Shown: one piece after another, positions 28,173-36,900 of the stretch
How the letters are laid out: each line of letters opens with the position of its first letter
How positions within the stretch are numbered: the stretch's first letter is position 1
Source of the DNA: Gemmatimonadaceae bacterium
Lineage (GTDB): Bacteria; Gemmatimonadota; Gemmatimonadetes; Gemmatimonadales; Gemmatimonadaceae
Length of the DNA: 64,000 nt
Direction of reading: 5' to 3'
Assembly: GCA_016742275.1 (NCBI GenBank)
Contig: JACVCD010000017.1
Span: 32,952 to 96,951 of the forward strand
The notes under the pieces: generated by a model
Database searches by the model: none
Told to the model about the DNA's origin: nothing
What the model saw: only the letters and a program-made list of their open reading frames with translations
Translations under genes and position numbers: made by a program

Positions 28173-28937
28173 ATGATGATCGAAATCAATCTTCTGCCGG
28201 GTGCCAAGAAGGGACCGCGCTCCAAGGGCGCAGCCGGCCTCGCGGCATCACTCAGCGCGATGGGCGGTGGCATCCGCGATCCGTGGCTTCTCGGCGCTGC
28301 CGCTTCCGTCGTGATCGCTGTGGCCAGCGTCGGCATTCTCTTCACCGCGCAGAATGCGCGCGCGGAAGAAATCACGGAGCGCCTCGATCGCGCGGTGCGT
28401 GACTCGACGCGCTACGACAAGGTTCTGTCTGCGCGCCGCAAGCTCACCGCCGAACGTGACTCCGTGTACCGCCAGTTGCAGATCATCCGCACGATCGATG
28501 ACAATCGCTACAACTGGGCGCACATCCTCGACGAAGTAAGCCGTGCACTGCCAGCCTACACGTGGCTGACCAGTCTCGAGCAGACGACCAACATACCGCT
28601 GCCCCCGGGCGCGGATACCGTCAGCACGACCACGGCGCCTGTTGCTGCCGGTGCCGCTGCCAAGAGAGCGGCGAGAGACGAAGCCAAGGCCGACACCATC
28701 TCTGTGCATCAGCCGCTCGGTTTCAAGCTCGTTGGACAGACGGTCGACATCCAGGCGCTCACGATGTTCATGCGCCAGCTCGAAAGCTCGCCCTTCATTC
28801 AGAAGGTGGCGCTGAGCAAGTCGGAGATCGTCATCGTCGACAACAAGGACGTCACGCAGTTCGAATTGACGGCCGAATACGAAGTGCCTGCCCCTGGCGT
28901 CATTCAGACGACGCCGCTCGTTGTCCCCGTGCGTTGA
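28173..28937 (+). CDS. pilN: PilN
   Basis: IEINLLP motif, TM, coiled coil, WLTSL. Confidence 0.92.
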   Translation: MMIEINLLPGAKKGPRSKGAAGLAASLSAMGGGIRDPWLLGAAASVVIAVASVGILFTAQNARAEEITERLDRAVRDSTRYDKVLSARRKLTAERDSVYRQLQIIRTIDDNRYNWAHILDEVSRALPAYTWLTSLEQTTNIPLPPGADTVSTTTAPVAAGAAAKRAARDEAKADTISVHQPLGFKLVGQTVDIQALTMFMRQLESSPFIQKVALSKSEIVIVDNKDVTQFELTAEYEVPAPGVIQTTPLVVPVR

Positions 28938-28949
28938 CCTGAGAATCCC

Positions 28950-29564
28950 ATGTCCATTCTTCCCACAGCCCAGCGGGACCAGGTCAAGCTGCTGATCGCC
29001 TTCTCGGCGCTCGCACTGGCCGGCCTGTACTACGCGTATCCCTACGCGTCGGCCAACGAGCAGTTGCTCGCAGATGAAACGCGCGTCGAAGTCCTCGAAG
29101 ACGCCAACCAGAAGGCTGCGCGCGAATTCGCGAGCGGCTCCATCGAATCGCTGCGCACGCAGGCGGCCGAGAATCGTTCGGCGCTCACCGTGATGCGTCG
29201 TCTCGTGCCGACCGGCAATGAAGTGCCGGCATTGCTCGAGGAAGTGAGCACGGCCGCGCGCCGCGCTGGTCTCGATGTCGGTGGCGTGATGCCGGAGCCG
29301 GTCATCGTCGGCGATCGCTTCGACACCTATCGCTACACGGTCACGATCATCGGCGGCTATCACCAGTTCGGCGAGTTCCTCGCCAACGTCGGTTCGCTGC
29401 CGCGCATCGTGGCTCCGGTCAAGTTCGGCATCACTGCAGGTGCATCACGGCAGCGTCAGGGCCTGCGCACCAGCGAACCTGATGCCTTGGCGTCCACCAT
29501 CACGCTGCAGACGTACGTCGAAAAGACGACGCCCACGCGTGCGACGAAGGAGCACTCGTCATGA
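28950..29564 (+). CDS. pilO: PilO
   Basis: TM, LVPTGNEVPALLEEV, GGYHQFGEFL..V..LPRIV. Confidence 0.92.
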   Translation: MSILPTAQRDQVKLLIAFSALALAGLYYAYPYASANEQLLADETRVEVLEDANQKAAREFASGSIESLRTQAAENRSALTVMRRLVPTGNEVPALLEEVSTAARRAGLDVGGVMPEPVIVGDRFDTYRYTVTIIGGYHQFGEFLANVGSLPRIVAPVKFGITAGASRQRQGLRTSEPDALASTITLQTYVEKTTPTRATKEHSS

Positions 29565-30058
29565 TGCGTTCACTCATGCTTGCGGCTGCCTTCCTCGGCA
29601 GCGCGGTCGTAGCCGATGCCCAGTCGGCACCCAAGACACCGGCGCGTACGGTGTCGGGTGAGTCGGCTGGCGTGGTTGGCGCCGCACCAGTTGCCGCCAT
29701 CAAGGGCAGCAAGGCGCCGTCGGAAATCACGATCACGCGCGAAACGTACAACTACAGCAGCGGCGGTCGTCGCGATCCGTACAAGTCGTTGATGACGAGC
29801 AGTGATGTGCGTCCGCTGCTCAGCGATCTGCGTCTCGTGGCAGTGGCGTTCGATCCCGCCGGAAACAATTCGGTGGCGATCCTCCGCGACAGCTTCTCGA
29901 AGGTGCAGTATCGCGTACGCACCGGACAACAGTTGGGCCGTCTGCGCGTGAGCGCGATCCGGCAGAAGGCCGTGCAGTTCACGATGGAAGAATTCGGATA
30001 CAATCGGCAGGAAACGCTGCCGCTTAGCAGCGACACGACGAAAGCGAGGAACCCATGA
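29561..30058 (+). CDS. pilP: PilP-like protein
   Basis: Position between pilO and pilQ; RRDPY motif; LRLVAV..AIL beta domain. Confidence 0.7.
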   Translation: MMRSLMLAAAFLGSAVVADAQSAPKTPARTVSGESAGVVGAAPVAAIKGSKAPSEITITRETYNYSSGGRRDPYKSLMTSSDVRPLLSDLRLVAVAFDPAGNNSVAILRDSFSKVQYRVRTGQQLGRLRVSAIRQKAVQFTMEEFGYNRQETLPLSSDTTKARNP

Positions 30059-32202
30059 TGGGACCGACGACCGTTGCGGTGATGACCGCGCTCCTGGTGC
30101 ACAGTGCTTCGGCACTCTCCACCATGGTGACGTCCACCGTTGTTCCGGCCGCTCCGGCCATCACTTCTGACAACGCGGTACGTGGCCGCGTGCATGCGAT
30201 CGAGGTCGCGCCCGCTGAAGGCGGTGCCGTGATTGCGCTCGGTGTTGACGCGGCGGTGTCGCTCAACCACTTCACGCTCGAGAATCCGTCGCGCATCGTG
30301 GTGGATCTGGGCGGTGCCAGCCTCGCGATTCGTTCCAGCTACGATGGCAAGGCGCGCGGTGCGGTCCGCAATGTGCGCCTCTCGCAGTATCGCGCCGACA
30401 CGGTGCGCATGGTGATCGATCTCGATGCCACGCGCTCCTATGTGCTCGAGCGCGATGGCAATGTTGTGCGACTCATGCTTGATGCACCGGTTGCGCAGTT
30501 CGCACGCTGGGGTTCGGCCGGCTTCAATGGTGCCGCCACCACGGCGGTTGCCGCTGGCAAGCTCGATCTGCCCGCTGCACCCACGCCGGTCGCTTCCGCG
30601 CCGACAGTTTCCGCTCCTGCTGCTTCCGCAGTTTCGCAGTCAGTCGACACCGCACCTGCCGTCGACTACTCGCCGCTCACCCGGCGTGCGCCGGCCACGA
30701 ACGAGTCGCTTGCCGCGGCACGTCGTCAGCCGCAGAAGCCGCGTATCACCGTCAGCTATGACGGCACCAACATCCGCGACGTGATCGCCGCGTTCGCCAC
30801 GTTCTCCGGCCGCACGATCGTTGTCGGTAAGGATGTTGAAGGTCTCGTGACCGCCGACATTGCGGACAAGCCGTGGGATGTCGCGCTGCAGGCCATCTTG
30901 CAGTCGCAGGGCCTCGCCGCCACGGAAGATGCCAGCGGCATCATCACGGTCGACAGCTATCAGCGTCTCGCCACCAATCAGGCACTCGAGCCGCTGGTGA
31001 CGCAGATCGTTGACATCAACTACGCCAAGGCCGCTACGCTGCGCGGTACCGTGCAGGCGCTGCTTGCCCGTGACTGCACGCAGATCTCCACGGCGCAGAC
31101 TGGTCAGCAGGCCGGCTTGCCCATGCAGGGGCAGATGGGCGCGCAGGGCGGTCAGCAGAGCCAGGGTGGTCAGGGCTGCGTGGTGCGCGGCTCGGTTGCC
31201 GCCGACAGCGCGACCAACAAGCTGATCATCACGGAAGTGCCGTCGCGTCTCCCGGAAATCGTCGCCCGCATTCAGCAGCTCGATATCCGCACGCCGCAGG
31301 TCGCTATCAAGGCCAAGATCGTCTTCGTGAATCGTACCGGCATCCAGGACATCGGTCTTGCCTACGACCTCGGTACGGGCAACAAGCAGTTCTTCCAGCA
31401 GCTTGTGCCGCGTACCGATCCGAACACGCTGACACCGGTTGATACCGACGGCGACGGTGTGCCCGATGCGATGGGTGGTGGCACGCCGTTCGAAGGGCCG
31501 GCGCGCATCAATCTCGGTGGCAACGCCATCGCTGGTATCGCGAACGCCAACAACGCGATCAAGCCGAACGCGCTCAACCTGATCTACAGCACGGCGCTCG
31601 GTCGCTATCAGCTGACCGCGTTCCTCAATGCGCTGCAGACCTCGTCGCTGGCTGATGTGCAGTCGGAGCCCAGCATCACGATCCTGAACAACCGCAGCGC
31701 CGAAATCTTCGTCGGTCAGGAAATCCCGATCCGCGTGATCGACGCCGGTGGTCAGGGTGCGCAGGGTGGCGGTGGTGGTGGTCAGGGCGGCGGTCAGTCG
31801 CCGAATGCGGCCGCCTTCTTCCCCCGCGCTGCGGTGTCGAAGGAAGAAGCCGGTATCAAGCTCTCGGTGACGCCGCAGATCACGAACAACAAGATGGTGT
31901 TGCTCAACATCAAGGCCGAGAACTCGAGCGCCGAACTGGCTGCCACGGACGTCGGCGTGATCTTCAACCGTCAGCGCGCTGAATCACAGGTGCTCGTGGC
32001 CGACGGTGAAGCGGCAGTGATCGGCGGACTCACGGTGACGGAAACCACGCGCTTCCGCAGTGGCATCCCGGGCCTGATGAATCTCCCGTTCGTTGGTCGG
32101 TTGTTCTCGCAGAACACCAAGAATGAAACGAAGCGCGACCTCCTCATCCTGGTCACGCCGCACATCCTGGACGAAGGCGTGACGCCGCCCCCGGGCCGCT
32201 AA
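30055..32202 (+). CDS. pilQ: Secretin PilQ with AMIN domain
   Basis: AMIN (PSRIVVDL), N-domains (INYAKA), PQVAIKAKIV, GIKLSVTP, VIGGL, DLLILVTPHI. Confidence 0.95.
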   Translation: MMGPTTVAVMTALLVHSASALSTMVTSTVVPAAPAITSDNAVRGRVHAIEVAPAEGGAVIALGVDAAVSLNHFTLENPSRIVVDLGGASLAIRSSYDGKARGAVRNVRLSQYRADTVRMVIDLDATRSYVLERDGNVVRLMLDAPVAQFARWGSAGFNGAATTAVAAGKLDLPAAPTPVASAPTVSAPAASAVSQSVDTAPAVDYSPLTRRAPATNESLAAARRQPQKPRITVSYDGTNIRDVIAAFATFSGRTIVVGKDVEGLVTADIADKPWDVALQAILQSQGLAATEDASGIITVDSYQRLATNQALEPLVTQIVDINYAKAATLRGTVQALLARDCTQISTAQTGQQAGLPMQGQMGAQGGQQSQGGQGCVVRGSVAADSATNKLIITEVPSRLPEIVARIQQLDIRTPQVAIKAKIVFVNRTGIQDIGLAYDLGTGNKQFFQQLVPRTDPNTLTPVDTDGDGVPDAMGGGTPFEGPARINLGGNAIAGIANANNAIKPNALNLIYSTALGRYQLTAFLNALQTSSLADVQSEPSITILNNRSAEIFVGQEIPIRVIDAGGQGAQGGGGGGQGGGQSPNAAAFFPRAAVSKEEAGIKLSVTPQITNNKMVLLNIKAENSSAELAATDVGVIFNRQRAESQVLVADGEAAVIGGLTVTETTRFRSGIPGLMNLPFVGRLFSQNTKNETKRDLLILVTPHILDEGVTPPPGR

Positions 32203-32229
32203 GGCAACGCGACGAGGATAACCACACTC

Positions 32230-34638
32230 ATGTCTTCCAATACCGCACGGGGCGCCACGACGCGCCCCACACCCCGCCGGCTGCTCGGCCTGGCCGTCCT
32301 TGCGATGGCCTCGCTGCTCGGCGCCTGCGACGGGGATGAGGTTATCGATCCACCGTACCGCGACGAGATCAAGCCGCGTGTGCAGGTGGCGAAGGGCAAT
32401 CCGGTGGATGACTCGCTGCTCGCGGTCACCATCAATGCCACCGACAACATCGGACTCAAGCGTGTGCGCTTGTTGCTCGCTGGCGGCATCACGGCCGAAT
32501 ACGACACCGTGATGACCAGCGCGGTGACGTCGTTGACGATCAACGTGAACATCAAGGTGCCCGGCAATGCACCGCTCGGTGCAACGGTGACGGCACGCGC
32601 GCTCGCGGTTGACGGTGCTGGCAATGCCTCCGATACCGCACTGGTTGCGTTGACGGTTGGCAATCTCGAGCCGCCTCTCGCAGTCATTACCAGCCCCACG
32701 ACTGGTTCGCCTGTTGTGAGCGGCAAGGCGGTGGTTCTGTCGCTTGCCGGCAAGGCGCGCTACAAGGTGCGTACGCTCGGTTACCAGATCACCGGCGCCT
32801 ACAACATCAAGGACTCCAGCGTCTACACGTCGCCGCTCCGCGATTCTCTGTCGGTGCTCGATACGCTGGTTATCCCGGACTCAGTGCGCGGTGCGACCAT
32901 TCAGGTGACGCCGTTCATCACCGACTCGCTCAACCAGCGGGTGCTCGGCAGAGTCGTGTCGTATGCCGTGCAGAGCCCGGCCAATGCCAACACGGAACCG
33001 GTCGTGCGCACCGGCGTGGCGAATCGCATCGAAATCAGCGATACCGTGTTTGTTGAAGCCACGGACCCGGTTGGTATCTCCACGCTCGGCTACGAAGTGC
33101 GTACGCTCACGGGTCAACTCGTGACCGCTGACTCGGTAACGAGCACGGGCGCCTTCACCACGTTGGTGCGTACGTTCCGGACACGTGTACCGGTGACGAC
33201 CTTCCCAACGGCGGTCACCGTGTACGGCTTTGCTCGCAACGCCAACGGTCGCCGCGATGTGGCGCGGTTTGTATCGGGCAATCTGCGTCAGGATACGGTG
33301 CAGATCGTCGCTGGCTTCACCAACCCGTTGCCCGCGGGTGGCCAGATTGCCGACGCGCTCTATGTGCCGCGCACCGATCGCCTGTATCTGTCCAACATCG
33401 AGCGCAACACGCTCGAAGTGTTCAACCTCGCGGACTCCACGTTCCTTTCGCCGGTCATCGTTGGCTCCCGTCCCTGGGGTCTCGCGGCATGGCCGCGCAA
33501 TCGTGATGGCGTGATGGGCGATACCATCCTGGTCGCCAACTCGGGTGGTACCAATCTGAGCTACGTGAACCTGAACAGCGGATCAACGGGTCGCGAAGTC
33601 TATCGCTATCCGCTGCCGAACATCATCGCCTACAGCATCACGACTGTTCGTTCCGCCACCACCGATCAGCTCATCACGCAGCGCACGGTGTACGATTTCT
33701 CGGATCGTCCGCAGTTCCTTGCGGCGACCTGCAATGGCGCAACCACGCCTGGTGCACAGTGTGGTGACGTGATCGTGGCCTATTCCACCACGCCTACGCC
33801 CGGTCAGAGCCGACCGTTCCCGAATCAGGGTACGCTGCGGTGGGAGAATCTGACGCGTGCGTCATCGCACTTCTTCTTCGAACAGGCGATGGGTGCGAGT
33901 GAAGGCCGCGCCGATACGTTGGAAGTGGAGCGCTTTGCCGCCGGCGGTGTAGGTGCCGACTCGATCCTGGTTCCACATCGTCAGACGATTCGTCGCGCGG
34001 ACGGCAGCACGTTCCCGTACTCGGTTGTCGTGCGCATCGATGCACTGGCCTTCCGTGACACCACCTTCACGCGCAACTCGGGCAACTTCCGACGCGCCGT
34101 GTTCGGTGAAGGCGGTCCGGTGCTCGGCAGCCGCGCCATGACGTATGACGCGACGATGGGCTTCGATTCCACGCCGCCGATCCCAGTGATCGACCGCGGT
34201 GTGTCGCGTCCGCTCGATGTCACGGACTTCATCGCCAACACATTCGCTCGTGTGCAGGGTGTCGGTATCAACTTTGACGGTGAGCTGAATGCCGTGAAGG
34301 GTGACTCGACCTACCTGTTCGACCGCACGCTCCGCCTGCAGGGCATCCTGCAGTCCCGCGCCAGCATGGGTGGCCTCGACTTCCACCCGCTCAACCGCGG
34401 TGCGAATTCCACGCCGCTGCGTACACGGTTGGCCTTCGTGGCCTCGAGCGAGCCGGTCATCGATGTGTTCGACACCTACTGCTACCGCCGCATTGCACAG
34501 ATTCCGATTCGTGATCCGATCATCGGTCCGATCAAGTCGACCGTGCGTGCCAATGGTCAGCTGGTTCTGGTTGGCGCCACCGTTCGCGGCGTCACCCTGG
34601 TCTCCCTCGGCGACAACTTCACGACGACCTGCCTGTAA
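32230..34638 (+). CDS. Large uncharacterised lipoprotein (Ig-like repeats + probable beta-propeller)
   Basis: Lipobox LLGAC-DG; repeats ATDNIGL and ATDPVGI; propeller-like LYLSN, ILVANSGG; 27 nt after pilQ. Confidence 0.8.
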   Translation: MSSNTARGATTRPTPRRLLGLAVLAMASLLGACDGDEVIDPPYRDEIKPRVQVAKGNPVDDSLLAVTINATDNIGLKRVRLLLAGGITAEYDTVMTSAVTSLTINVNIKVPGNAPLGATVTARALAVDGAGNASDTALVALTVGNLEPPLAVITSPTTGSPVVSGKAVVLSLAGKARYKVRTLGYQITGAYNIKDSSVYTSPLRDSLSVLDTLVIPDSVRGATIQVTPFITDSLNQRVLGRVVSYAVQSPANANTEPVVRTGVANRIEISDTVFVEATDPVGISTLGYEVRTLTGQLVTADSVTSTGAFTTLVRTFRTRVPVTTFPTAVTVYGFARNANGRRDVARFVSGNLRQDTVQIVAGFTNPLPAGGQIADALYVPRTDRLYLSNIERNTLEVFNLADSTFLSPVIVGSRPWGLAAWPRNRDGVMGDTILVANSGGTNLSYVNLNSGSTGREVYRYPLPNIIAYSITTVRSATTDQLITQRTVYDFSDRPQFLAATCNGATTPGAQCGDVIVAYSTTPTPGQSRPFPNQGTLRWENLTRASSHFFFEQAMGASEGRADTLEVERFAAGGVGADSILVPHRQTIRRADGSTFPYSVVVRIDALAFRDTTFTRNSGNFRRAVFGEGGPVLGSRAMTYDATMGFDSTPPIPVIDRGVSRPLDVTDFIANTFARVQGVGINFDGELNAVKGDSTYLFDRTLRLQGILQSRASMGGLDFHPLNRGANSTPLRTRLAFVASSEPVIDVFDTYCYRRIAQIPIRDPIIGPIKSTVRANGQLVLVGATVRGVTLVSLGDNFTTTCL

Positions 34639-34656
34639 GGCGGCCTAGTGGAGGAG

Positions 34657-34701
34657 GAGAAGGCAGGCGGTTCCCCCCGGGACCGCCTGTCTTCTCATTT
34701 T
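34657..34701 (+). terminator. Long hairpin ending the pilM-Q-lipoprotein unit
   Basis: GAGAAGGCAGGCGGTTCC / GGGACCGCCTGTCTTCTC followed by ATTTT. Confidence 0.7.
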
Positions 34702-34726
34702 CACCCCTGTACGCCTAGGTTGCGGT

Positions 34727-35926
34727 ATGGCCTCGCTCCGCTTCACGACCGCTGGTGAATCCCACGGTCCCGCTCTGGTGTCCGTTCTGGAAGGCATGCC
34801 GGCCGGCGTGCCCGTCCTCGCATCCGATGTCGATACGCAGCTCGCTCGCCGTCAGCAGGGGTATGGCCGCGGGCGTCGTATGCAGATCGAAACCGATCGC
34901 ATCGAGTTTCTGTCCGGCGTGCGCGCCGGCGAGACGCTCGGTTCGCCGATTTCGATGCTGGTGCGCAACACGGATTGGCGGAACTGGCAGGAGATCATGG
35001 ACCCCGCTCCGCGTGAGGGCGATGAAACAGGTCTCAGAAAACGGCATGTGACGCGTGTGCGCCCCGGTCATGCGGATCTCACCGGCATTCTCAAGTACGA
35101 TCGTCAGGACGCGCGTGACATTCTCGAACGTGCGTCCGCGCGCGAAACCACGTCGCGCGTTGCGGCGGGTGCGCTATGCCGCGTGCTGCTGAACGAAGTA
35201 GGTGTATCGATTGGGTCGCACCTCGTGCACTTAGGTGGCATCGATGCCCGTCGGCCAGATGAGATGCCGGCCGATCTCAATGCCGCATCCGATGCATCAC
35301 CACTGCGCACGCTCGATGCAGAAGCCGAGGCGCAGATGATTGCGCGGATCGATGCCGCGAAGAAGGAAGGCAATACACTCGGTGGTATCTGCGAAGTCGT
35401 CGTTACCGGCCTGCCTGTGGGTCTGGGTTCCCATGTGTCGTGGGATCGTCGACTCGACGGGCGAATCGGTCAGGCCATGCTGTCCATCCCGGCTGTGAAG
35501 GGCGTGGAGATCGGCATGGGCTTCGAAACGGCGCGTCGCACTGGTGCTGAAGTGCACGATGAAATCGAGGCGGCTCCGGGGCGTACGCGCGCTGGACATG
35601 TACGTCGCCCGAGCAATCGAGCCGGTGGAACAGAAGGGGGTATGACCACTGGAGAAGAACTGGTCGTGCGTGTGGCCATGAAGCCCATTTCCACGCTCAT
35701 GCGGCCCCTTGGTACGGTAGACGTAGCCACGGGGCAGGCGGCGCAGGCTGTGGCCGAACGCAGCGACGTGACGGCCGTACCAGCGATGGGCGTGATTGCA
35801 GAGGCCATGGCGGCCTTTGTGCTCGCCGACGCGTTGCTCGAAAAGTTCGGCGGTGACTCGCTGCATGAAGTGCAGCGCAATCTCACGGCGTACCTGGCGC
35901 GGTTGGACGAACGTGTCGAACGGTGA
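34727..35926 (+). CDS. aroC: Chorismate synthase
   Basis: TAGESHG, RPGHADL, LERASARET, MKPISTL, ERSD. Confidence 0.98.
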   Translation: MASLRFTTAGESHGPALVSVLEGMPAGVPVLASDVDTQLARRQQGYGRGRRMQIETDRIEFLSGVRAGETLGSPISMLVRNTDWRNWQEIMDPAPREGDETGLRKRHVTRVRPGHADLTGILKYDRQDARDILERASARETTSRVAAGALCRVLLNEVGVSIGSHLVHLGGIDARRPDEMPADLNAASDASPLRTLDAEAEAQMIARIDAAKKEGNTLGGICEVVVTGLPVGLGSHVSWDRRLDGRIGQAMLSIPAVKGVEIGMGFETARRTGAEVHDEIEAAPGRTRAGHVRRPSNRAGGTEGGMTTGEELVVRVAMKPISTLMRPLGTVDVATGQAAQAVAERSDVTAVPAMGVIAEAMAAFVLADALLEKFGGDSLHEVQRNLTAYLARLDERVER

Positions 35927-36464
35927 TTTTCCGCAGATCGACGGGCACTTGGTGCTCGTCGGTCTGCCGGGGTCGGGGAAGTCCACTGTGGGGCGTGCGG
36001 TCGCCAAGCGACTCGGGCGCCCCTTTCTCGATTTCGATGAAGAAATAGAGAAACGGGTGGGGATGTCCGTGGCGCGCTATTTCGCGGAGCACGGCGAACC
36101 CGCCTTCCGTGCACTGGAAGTCAGTCTCACGCGCGAGCTCGCGGCGGCGCCGCCCATGGTGCTCGCACCAGGTGGCGGCTGGGTGACTAATAAAGAGGTA
36201 GTGGCGCTCGTACGTCCCCCAGGATGCATTGTCCATCTGCGGGTCAGTCCGCAGGAAGCATTGCGTCGATTGGCACGTTCGCGGGTGGTTCGTCCACTGC
36301 TTCAGCAGGCGGACCCAGCCGTAAAATTGCAGGCGTTGTGGGAGACCCGAGCACCGCTCTACGCCATGGCTGATCTGGAGGTTGATGTGGAAGTTCTTTC
36401 ACAGCAACAGGTTATAGAAAAACTGCGAACGCTTGCCCATGAAGGGACGCCGAGGATAGGTTAG
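35913..36464 (+). CDS. aroK: Shikimate kinase
   Basis: GLPGSGKST P-loop, FRALE, PGGG, RPLL, R.PLY; GTG start overlapping aroC. Confidence 0.93.
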   Translation: MSNGDFPQIDGHLVLVGLPGSGKSTVGRAVAKRLGRPFLDFDEEIEKRVGMSVARYFAEHGEPAFRALEVSLTRELAAAPPMVLAPGGGWVTNKEVVALVRPPGCIVHLRVSPQEALRRLARSRVVRPLLQQADPAVKLQALWETRAPLYAMADLEVDVEVLSQQQVIEKLRTLAHEGTPRIG

Positions 36465-36467
36465 GAA

Positions 36468-36896
36468 ATGGATGATCGCTGGACGCCAGTCGTGGCTGAA
36501 TTGCGGGAGCGCTTTGCTGCCGACACGGATGTCGTGGAGGTCGAAGCGTACCTTTCGGCGCAGGGATACAACCGGCGTCAGATTGGTGAGATTCTTTCTT
36601 TACTGTATAGCGATACTGTACCGACCAATGGTTGGGGCGGTATGGACGGCGCTCGAAACGCACCGTTGCGGGTGCAGGGACCTCACGAACGCGGACGGTT
36701 TTCAGCCGAAGCGTGGGGCTACCTGGTGATGCTGCATGCATCGGGCGCCGTGAACCAAAACGACTTCGAGCAACTTGTGGAGCGTGCGCTCGTCCATGTG
36801 GACGGCCGCATCGGGCTTCCGGAAATCCGTGCATTGGCGGAAGACGGTGGCTACGATGATGGCGCCATGGGTGGCGAGCGTTCCCTGATTCACTGA
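36468..36896 (+). CDS. smg: DUF494/Smg family protein
   Basis: L...GY...I, R.S.EAWGYL..L...G, E.LVERAL pattern; directly before topA. Confidence 0.7.
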   Translation: MDDRWTPVVAELRERFAADTDVVEVEAYLSAQGYNRRQIGEILSLLYSDTVPTNGWGGMDGARNAPLRVQGPHERGRFSAEAWGYLVMLHASGAVNQNDFEQLVERALVHVDGRIGLPEIRALAEDGGYDDGAMGGERSLIH

Positions 36897-36900
36897 TCTG

